A program made the translations under genes and the position numbers. Below the pieces are notes generated by a model. The model did no database searches. It was not told where the DNA came from and worked only from the letters and a program-made list of their open reading frames with translations. Shown here piece after piece: positions 54,040-60,479 of a stretch of 60,479 nucleotides of DNA; positions within the stretch are counted from its first letter, which is position 1, and every line of letters starts with the position of its first letter. This DNA comes from a virus (taxonomy: Duplodnaviria; Caudoviricetes). The DNA is taken from positions 1 to 60,479 of the IMG/VR virus record IMGVR_UViG_3300036781_000392; one strand, 5' to 3'.

Positions 54040-55285
54040 GGTCCCTCCTCGGGGGCTTGATCAGATGCAGCCCGGAGTCAAGGTCACGGACCTGAGGCAC
54101 GGTGATCGCCGTACCCGCTTGGATCGGCAGCGGCGTGTAGTCCTCGCCGCCCGCGCCATCAGGCAGCGGCGGCATGTCTTCCTTCGCACGGATCTCATCG
54201 CGGTTCATGACGCCGATCAGGCGCGACCGCTCGTAGACCGTGTAACGCGTCTCGATGTCCGTGCGGATCAGATGGTCCGCGTCGAACTTGATGTACTGCC
54301 CCCGCGGCAACAGGGCCGACAGGTGGGACTCGAACTTCGTGATCCACGGCAGCAGGCTCATCTGGATGAACTCGATCTGTCGCTGCTCAGGCGAGCTGTA
54401 CGTGTACGAGCCGCCCGTCTCGCCGCCGATCATCTCCGGCGGGATCCCGTAGATCGCCGCGATCTGCGTCGCCCCCAGGCGCATCGTGTCGACGAACTGG
54501 GCTTCCGCCAAGTTCACCGAGATCGGGCTGTACTCCCAGTCCTTGCCGTACACGATCGGCTCATGCGACCGGATCGACTGCACCAGGCGCCGCTTGATCG
54601 TCGTCGCCTCTGTCTGGTCCACCGTCTGCGTCGTGTTCCGGAAGTGCCCAGGAGGCTGCCCACCCGACTTGAACCAGTCGTCAGAGAACCTCTGCGCCGC
54701 CAGCCCCGTCGACACCGTCACCGCATAAGCGGCCAGCGGCGACAGACCCCACACACGGCCCGGATGCGTCATCCACGGGATGTGGACGATGTCCTCCGAC
54801 GGGATCTCCACCCCGCGGTACGACCACACAGGATCCGTCGGAGAGCCCCGCAGCCCAATCGGGAGCGAGTCCTCGACGAACACGTCCACCGGGTTCAGCC
54901 ACTCGATCGCCGTCGGGTACTCCAGGTAGTCCCGCTCCATGACGAGCCCCACGGCATTACCGCCGTACACCAGCGACGTCATCGCACGGAACAACCAGTC
55001 GTCGAGCGTGCCCTGGGCTCCAGGCTTCATGAACAGAGAACTGAGCGGCAGCGCCGACCGGGCATCACCCGACTTCCGGTATTGCCGGATCGGGAGACTC
55101 GACAGAGACGACGCCAGCAGCCGGCCCGCCGCGAACACAGGCGTCAGCCGCAGCGCGCCCTCGAGGCTCACCGCCGCCGGATCCGCCAACTCATCGATCG
55201 GCCACGACATCGCACCCGCGTCCAGGCGCCGCCGCTCCGGCTCACCAGCGCCCCGTCGCAGCATTCCGCGGAAGGGATTACGCAT
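54032..55285 (-). CDS. Portal protein (HK97 family)
   Basis: 'GNA', 'GLSPL', 'IA..YGIPP..IG', 'EIR..E'. Confidence 0.93.
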   Translation of the reverse strand: MRNPFRGMLRRGAGEPERRRLDAGAMSWPIDELADPAAVSLEGALRLTPVFAAGRLLASSLSSLPIRQYRKSGDARSALPLSSLFMKPGAQGTLDDWLFRAMTSLVYGGNAVGLVMERDYLEYPTAIEWLNPVDVFVEDSLPIGLRGSPTDPVWSYRGVEIPSEDIVHIPWMTHPGRVWGLSPLAAYAVTVSTGLAAQRFSDDWFKSGGQPPGHFRNTTQTVDQTEATTIKRRLVQSIRSHEPIVYGKDWEYSPISVNLAEAQFVDTMRLGATQIAAIYGIPPEMIGGETGGSYTYSSPEQRQIEFIQMSLLPWITKFESHLSALLPRGQYIKFDADHLIRTDIETRYTVYERSRLIGVMNRDEIRAKEDMPPLPDGAGGEDYTPLPIQAGTAITVPQVRDLDSGLHLIKPPRRDHG

Positions 55286-55296
55286 CGCGTCTCCCC

Positions 55297-56823
55297 TCAA
55301 AAGATGCTCGACAACACGTCGTACTGCGAGCCCGCCAGCAGATGCGAGCGGGTCTCAAAGCTCCAGCGGGCCAAAGTCATCGCCACCAGCGGCGAGATGT
55401 CGCACTCGGCGCCCTTCACCGTCCACGCGATCGTGTCGCCCGTCGCCCGCGTCTTCGCCCCCGCCACCGCCGAGTCCAGATGCCGGTTCGGCACGTACCG
55501 GAACGACTCCTCGCGGACCGCCTCCAGCAGCTGCCCAGCCGCCGCCGCCATGTCCACCGGCCCCGTCACAGCCAAATCCCCGACGCCGGGCGCCTCGGGA
55601 TCCTCCGGCTTCACGAAGCCGGCCTTGTCGAGCTCCGTCTCCAAGAACGCGTGTGTGCCCCGGCCCATCGCGATCGCCACCGGCCCCAAGGCGTCCCGCA
55701 ACTCGAGCAGCCGCGGGACCAGCCACTTCGACCCCGGCCGGTAGTCAGCGAGCTGCACATGCCCCAACTCGTCACCGCGCAGCCCGTACACGCACACAGC
55801 GCCGTAGTCCCTCAACGGCGACAAGTCCACGCCGATCGCGACGCCGCCCGAACGCCGCGACTCCGCATCCGCCATCCCCGCCCACACCGCCGGATCGAGG
55901 ACCAAGCCGCCACGCGACATCTGCGGCCACATGCACAGCCGCTCCCGCGCGAAGCCAGCGTCGCCCATCGAGCGTCGCTCCCGAAGGATCGTCTCCTCGG
56001 TGAGCCTCATACCGAGGGCAGGGTTCGATGCCGCCCACAAGCGCCGGTCGTCCAGGTCCACCTGATCCAGGTGGTCGAGGTCGCCCTCGATGCCCCAATC
56101 ACGCCAGCCGAGACTGTCGTCGCCACCGGCGTCCGCGCGCTTCTTCAGGTTGAACATCACCTCGCCGGAGATGCCGTCAAGCGGCGGCGACGAGGTGTAG
56201 ATGATCTGCGGATTCGGGCGGGCCGCCAGCGCCGGCATCAGCGCTTCCTGCTGCAGCAGCGTGTACGCGAACGACTCGTCGATGATGATGAGGTCGCCGG
56301 AGAAGCCACGCCCCGAGCCCTTCGACCGGGCCACGAACTTCACCCGGGCGCCGGTGTCGAGCCGCTCGAAGCTCTCTTCCCCGTTGGTGTTACTGATCTT
56401 GATGAGGACGCCGCCGACATCCAGCAGGTTCTCGTTGTTCGGGTTGACCAGCTTGCCCAGCCTGCGCAGCAACGTCCGGAAGCGCCGGAACGCCTCCATG
56501 GCCGTCTTGTACTCGTGCGCCGACCACATGATGAGCTCTTCGCCGAGCAGCAAGAAGCCGGCCAGCACCCGAATCTCCAGCAGCGCACCCTTGCCGTTCT
56601 GCCGAGCCAGGATCTCCCCGTACTCGAAGCAGGCCCACTTCCCATCCTCGCGACAGGAGAGCAGCAGGTCGATCGCATCCGCCTGCCACGGATCCGGCGT
56701 CAGACCCGCCCGCTCGGCCAGCTCACACGCCTCCGGACCCAGCGTGTAAGCCGAGTGGGGAGCGAGCTCAACTCGAGGCCGCCTTGCGCCGCGCGGTGAT
56801 TCGCGCACTGAGGTCGGAGACAC
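55297..56823 (-). CDS. terL: Terminase large subunit
   Basis: 'ARQNGKG' Walker A, 'IIDE' Walker B, 'SNPALG', 'DISPLVA'. Confidence 0.95.
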   Translation of the reverse strand: MSPTSVRESPRGARRPRVELAPHSAYTLGPEACELAERAGLTPDPWQADAIDLLLSCREDGKWACFEYGEILARQNGKGALLEIRVLAGFLLLGEELIMWSAHEYKTAMEAFRRFRTLLRRLGKLVNPNNENLLDVGGVLIKISNTNGEESFERLDTGARVKFVARSKGSGRGFSGDLIIIDESFAYTLLQQEALMPALAARPNPQIIYTSSPPLDGISGEVMFNLKKRADAGGDDSLGWRDWGIEGDLDHLDQVDLDDRRLWAASNPALGMRLTEETILRERRSMGDAGFARERLCMWPQMSRGGLVLDPAVWAGMADAESRRSGGVAIGVDLSPLRDYGAVCVYGLRGDELGHVQLADYRPGSKWLVPRLLELRDALGPVAIAMGRGTHAFLETELDKAGFVKPEDPEAPGVGDLAVTGPVDMAAAAGQLLEAVREESFRYVPNRHLDSAVAGAKTRATGDTIAWTVKGAECDISPLVAMTLARWSFETRSHLLAGSQYDVLSSIF

Positions 56824-57145
56824 CCGTCGCCTCCTCACCCTTGGCGGGCTTCGCAGAAACGACCGCGCCCTGCCGAATCTCGGCGAGAAGCACCTTCAAA
56901 GCACCTGCCTGCAGCCGCGCTTCAGCCAACCACTGCGAGATATCCCCGGATTCACTCTCCGGATCGTTGACCCCGGCAGCGCCCGCGCGGATAATCGAAT
57001 CCAGCAGTTCCAGCCGGTCAACAGCCCGGCAAGCCTCCTCCAATAGCACCAAGTGCGCCGGAGAGAGCGACCACTGCGCCAGCGAATCCCGCCACAGCCG
57101 GCGGCCCCGGGCTTCAAGCCCCGGAGGAGCCTTCACCGCCATCAA
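56768..57145 (-). CDS. terS: Terminase small subunit
   Basis: 'PPGL...GRRLW...LLEEACR..DRL'. Confidence 0.85.
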   Translation of the reverse strand: MMAVKAPPGLEARGRRLWRDSLAQWSLSPAHLVLLEEACRAVDRLELLDSIIRAGAAGVNDPESESGDISQWLAEARLQAGALKVLLAEIRQGAVVSAKPAKGEEATGVSDLSARITARRKAASS

Positions 57146-57284
57146 AGACCCCCTCCAAGATCATCTGACCCCTGCCAAAAACAGCGGGGGGAGGGGGCGG
57201 ATAGGTGGGGGCGGGTCGGGAAGGCGCTCCGTAAAAAACGGACATTCCTACGCACCTCGGGCTTGGATCAAGCATCGTCGCAGG
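57146..57284. other. Probable cos/packaging region (exact site not identified)
   Basis: Non-coding gap between HNH and terS with A- and G-tracts, the usual cos position in HK97-like phages. Confidence 0.45.
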
Positions 57285-57611
57285 TCAGAGCGCTCTCGCG
57301 TCCATGCTGAACCCCGGACGCGGCCTGATCTTGGCTCTGAGCTGGTTGTTTCGGATCGTGTTGCATCGCCGATGGCATAGCCGCAGGTTGGAGCGGTCGG
57401 TCGGGTCACCACCGAGCCACAGTGCATGCACATGGTCAGCAGTACGACCCATGGGGTGGGTGGGTGGCAGCCCCTGGTCCACGTACTGGTGACACCACCA
57501 GCAGTGGGTCTCTTCAGCGAACACAGCGGCCTGCGAGCGCAGGAAGGCGGGGCTGTTGCGCCCCTCCTTGGTGCGGCGAGCAAGGTCAGGATCGGTGGGT
57601 GGAGTGCTCAT
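57285..57611 (-). CDS. Packaging-associated HNH endonuclease
   Basis: CWWC...DH...GG...NL...H..CN, adjacent to terS. Confidence 0.88.
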   Translation of the reverse strand: MSTPPTDPDLARRTKEGRNSPAFLRSQAAVFAEETHCWWCHQYVDQGLPPTHPMGRTADHVHALWLGGDPTDRSNLRLCHRRCNTIRNNQLRAKIRPRPGFSMDARAL

Positions 57612-57625
57612 GCACACCCCCGTGG

Positions 57626-58042
57626 TCAGCTGCCGGTGATGATGCCGCGAGAACGCAGCTCGGTAAGCAGGGTATTGAGGTCGGCCACCACGCCCGGCGT
57701 ATCGGTGGCCACGGAGTGGTTGACCGCACTCGCCGACCCGGTCAGCAGACGAGCGTCGTTGCCAGCACAGGCCGTCGTGCTGGTGGTGCCCAGTGCACGC
57801 ACGGTGGCCGTACCTGCAGCACCTGCACTCAGCCGGCCGTCGTTACCCGCTATCGCCGTGGAAGCCGTGGTGCCGATGGCAGGCGGGAACGTCGTCGGCT
57901 TACCAGTGATGTCGGTCCACGCGGGGGCACTACCCTCGCCACTGGTGAAGTCGCCACCGACGACGACCCCTTCGACTACCTGCTGTTCACCTGCATCGTC
58001 GATGTCGCCGCTGTTGAGGTTGAAGTACATGGGCGTGTTCAC
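57626..58042 (-). CDS. Head-fibre-like protein
   Basis: 'W.DITGKP.TF', 'AGND.RL' x2, C-terminal 'VADLNTLLTELRSRGII'. Confidence 0.6.
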   Translation of the reverse strand: MNTPMYFNLNSGDIDDAGEQQVVEGVVVGGDFTSGEGSAPAWTDITGKPTTFPPAIGTTASTAIAGNDGRLSAGAAGTATVRALGTTSTTACAGNDARLLTGSASAVNHSVATDTPGVVADLNTLLTELRSRGIITGS

Positions 58043-58245
58043 GGTCGGCGCTCCCTGTTCCGGATGCGGTCGATGTTGGGGAATGACGGTCCGGTCGAGC
58101 CAGGCCATAGCGGGTCGGACCCGCGGTCGCCTGCTGCGAGACGTTCGGGCTGGCGACAGACGTCCCAGTCGCATGGGGTGCCGGGCTCGATGTGGAAGCA
58201 CGGGCCGAACTCGACCTCGTCGTCTTCCTCATACCTGCTTCGCAT
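58039..58245 (-). CDS. Hypothetical protein
   Basis: GGAGG RBS, coupled. Confidence 0.55.
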   Translation of the reverse strand: MRSRYEEDDEVEFGPCFHIEPGTPCDWDVCRQPERLAAGDRGSDPLWPGSTGPSFPNIDRIRNRERRP

Positions 58246-58344
58246 GACGTGCACCTCCAGCCCGCCTCGGGAGCGCGGGCGGGCGCCCGGAGTATGCAGT
58301 CCCGCCGCCGTGCCCTCAGTCACGGTCGGCGGGACGATCGGGGG

Positions 58345-58578
58345 TCACGCGGCCTGTCGCGTCCGCGGCTTGTACGTGACGGCCTGCTCTTGTATCTCCG
58401 GCAGGGCGTACATGGTCTTGTACTCGTGCCCTTCGCCCGAGTAGCGGCCGTTGCCCTGGAACCGCTGGATCTTCCCGCGCCGGGCCCACTGCCGGATCAC
58501 CGTGCCGGGGATCCCGGTGACGGCGACGGCCTGGTGCTCGAAGACGAGGTCGCGGGTGTACAGCTCGCTCGGGAGCAT
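58345..58578 (-). CDS. MerR-like HTH protein, candidate late-gene regulator
   Basis: 'GIPGTVIRQWARRGKI...Y.L.EI'. Confidence 0.7.
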   Translation of the reverse strand: MLPSELYTRDLVFEHQAVAVTGIPGTVIRQWARRGKIQRFQGNGRYSGEGHEYKTMYALPEIQEQAVTYKPRTRQAA

Positions 58579-58600
58579 CGGGCCTCCCTGGGCATGCAGA

Positions 58601-58629
58601 AGGCCCCCGGCGGTAACCGCTGGGGGCCT
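58601..58629 (-). terminator. Stem-loop
   Basis: AGGCCCCCGGCGG-taa-CCGCTGGGGGCCT. Confidence 0.55.
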
Positions 58630-58708
58630 GAAGTCTGCGGGCATGAAGGTGTCCCGCCGATGGCACTGTGACATACCGATGATCAGTAGGTCAAGGCGGT
58701 GGATCCTG

Positions 58709-59260
58709 CTACGCGCCGCCCTCACGGTCGATCTGTCCTGCCAGGGCATTGAACGCGGTCACGTACTGATTGGCGGCCCGCATCACGGCCTTGTCGGGCT
58801 TGACGTTGTACGTCTGCGCGGCGCCGTTCCCGAACGTCAGGTTGATCACCGCGACGCCCTTGTTCTTCCGCCCCGTCATCGCTGCCGAGGCACCGAGGGT
58901 TGCGGCTCCCGCGACGAGACGCGTAGCCGTCCACCCTTTGTGCGCGCCGGCGTCAATGAACTCAGCATGGCCGCCGCCAATGGGGCCGTAACGTGTCTCG
59001 CCGCGTTTCGACTGGGGCCACGACTGCAGGCTCGCCGCGGCGTTGAGCGTCTTCTCCGCGGGGTGCGAGGCCCGAAAGCTACTCAACCCCACCTTGGCCT
59101 CTTGGGCTTTGGCGGCTGCAGCAGCGCGAGCCTGGGTGCGCTCTTCGCGGCGAACGGCGGCTTCCTCGCGACGCTTGGCGGTCGCGACTTCGCGTTCCTT
59201 CTGCCTTTCCTCACGCTGAGCGGCGGCAACTGCCGCTTTCTCGGGATCACGCTTGAACAC
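58709..59260 (-). CDS. Hypothetical protein
   Basis: GGGGG RBS, coiled-coil N-terminus. Confidence 0.7.
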   Translation of the reverse strand: MFKRDPEKAAVAAAQREERQKEREVATAKRREEAAVRREERTQARAAAAAKAQEAKVGLSSFRASHPAEKTLNAAASLQSWPQSKRGETRYGPIGGGHAEFIDAGAHKGWTATRLVAGAATLGASAAMTGRKNKGVAVINLTFGNGAAQTYNVKPDKAVMRAANQYVTAFNALAGQIDREGGA

Positions 59261-59434
59261 GACGGGTGTCCCCCTTCTGTGGCTGGCGAGATCCAGGACA
59301 ACGTGACGCGGGCGATGGTTGCAGGGGGTTGGGTATGAATTCCTCTACGCCGCAGCGCCCTTAGCGCTCGATCCACGTGACGGCATTCGCCTCGGGGTGA
59401 TCAGCAGCGGTGCGGCCTGCCAGCACCGGGTAAC

Positions 59435-59800
59435 TCAGTGCGGCAGATCCTCCGGCTGTTCCGCCCGCCGTGCCGCTTCCTCATAGTTGCCGCGAATCTT
59501 CGCCCGCAGAGCTTCCGGGTCGGGAGCTTCATCGAGCTTCTTCAGGTCCCGGTTCCCCCGGAGTTCCTGATTGATGCCCCATTCGGTGTTCTCCTCGACC
59601 CGCTTCCTCTTCAGGTCTTCGAGGACCTTGATGACGTCGTCGAGGGCACTTAGCGGGACGGGATAGGAGCCGTACTGCCGCTGCCCGTCGCCGGTCTGCA
59701 CAGCGATCCGTATGCTCTCCTCGCCCTCGCCGAATCGCCGGTCGTACACCCCGCCGATGAAGCAGATTGCGTAGAGGAGCCGGCTGATGTCCCTGCTCAC
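59435..59800 (-). CDS. Hypothetical protein
   Basis: Follows the upstream gene by 1 nt, GC3 bias. Confidence 0.6.
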   Translation of the reverse strand: MSRDISRLLYAICFIGGVYDRRFGEGEESIRIAVQTGDGQRQYGSYPVPLSALDDVIKVLEDLKRKRVEENTEWGINQELRGNRDLKKLDEAPDPEALRAKIRGNYEEAARRAEQPEDLPH

Positions 59801-59801
59801 C

Positions 59802-60302
59802 TCACAGCCCCCTTGCCGCTGCGAGTCGTGCGGCCTGCCCGAGGAGCCGGGCAGCTTCGGGGGCGCCGGAGAGGCGCCGGTTGATGTGCGTGATCGGGTC
59901 GCCGCTGCCGAGGACCGAGCGCAGCACGATCCGCGCTTCCTGCTCTTCGGCTTCGCTGCGGGCCTCGGCCTGCAGGGCGTACTCAAGGCAGACACCGCCC
60001 GCGCCGTCGGTGCCGGTCTCGCGACTCCAACCGCCGGGCCGGAGCACACGCACCTGAGCCCGCCGAAGCAGTGCGGCGACGGGCGCCAGTCGCTCGCCGG
60101 TCGGGACCGCGACGGGGACGGTGATCACGTCGGCCAGGTCGACGGGCTGCTCTACGTGCGCAGAATCGATGTCGAGGGCGAGCAGGGCGCTCTCCAGACG
60201 AAGCGTCATCTCGGCGTCGACGGCGGCGAGGCGGGCCTCGAGGCTGAGGACGACCGGGGCGGGGGCCACAACGGTCGGGCTGTAACTCTCTGTAGCGATC
60301 AT
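59802..60302 (-). CDS. Hypothetical protein (DUF6197-like), downstream of traB/clt on the circle
   Basis: GGAGGGAG RBS; 'LL.RA.....GW.....G..CL..AL'. Confidence 0.7.
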   Translation of the reverse strand: MIATESYSPTVVAPAPVVLSLEARLAAVDAEMTLRLESALLALDIDSAHVEQPVDLADVITVPVAVPTGERLAPVAALLRRAQVRVLRPGGWSRETGTDGAGGVCLEYALQAEARSEAEEQEARIVLRSVLGSGDPITHINRRLSGAPEAARLLGQAARLAAARGL

Positions 60303-60352
60303 GGGGCGTGCTCCCTCCAGGGATGTATGTGGTGGTTTGTTGCCTGGCCAGT

Positions 60353-60479
60353 TGCCTGGTCCGAGCCTGATCGCCGCAGGTCATTGCCAGGCGGTGCCTG
60401 ACCATGCCTGACCGTTGGATCTTGCTTATGGTCAGGCAGGGTCAGGCTCGTGACAGGCATTGCGAGGCTCTGACCTGCG
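60353..60479. repeat. Terminal direct repeat, right copy
   Basis: Identical to 1-127. Confidence 0.95.

Larger units (their letters stand above)
1..60479. mobile_element. Complete temperate siphophage (excised/circular form) carrying a TraB-type transfer module
   Basis: All phage modules present, intact attP, circular overlap, no host genes seen. Confidence 0.93.

Noticed and set aside
60353-60479. 127-bp terminal repeat as biological phage ends
   Set aside because: Length equals a common assembler k-mer and it falls far from the terS/HNH packaging region; best read as circular overlap

Overview
A complete, circularly assembled temperate siphophage genome of about 60.35 kb. Bases 1-127 repeat exactly at 60353-60479. 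High GC and gene content point to Streptomyces or a close relative as host (inference). Most genes are on the minus strand. It carries an HK97-type packaging/head/tail cassette (57.6-36.0 kb), lysis genes (35.9-33.0 kb) and an accessory region with a second tyrosine recombinase and a degenerate tRNA. Further left are an intact attP (3' half of tRNA-Val(TAC)), a tyrosine integrase, a repressor/cro switch, RecE/RecT-like genes, two DNA methyltransferases and a lambda-O-like replication module with internal iterons. The most notable part is a Streptomyces AICE/plasmid-type conjugation module at 0.16-7.5 kb: KorSA-like GntR with candidate operators, xis-like HTH, spd-like membrane genes, TraB-type FtsK translocase and a clt-like 8-mer array. 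This suggests a phage that may spread both as virions and by hyphal conjugation. Other oddities are a dual-frame (M.EcoHK31I-like) C5 methyltransferase with a nonsense codon, about 260 nt of back-to-back hairpins next to attP, a dif-like site, and motif-in-loop hairpin repeats before the capsid gene. All product calls come from motif recognition by eye; no searches were run, and start codons are best estimates.
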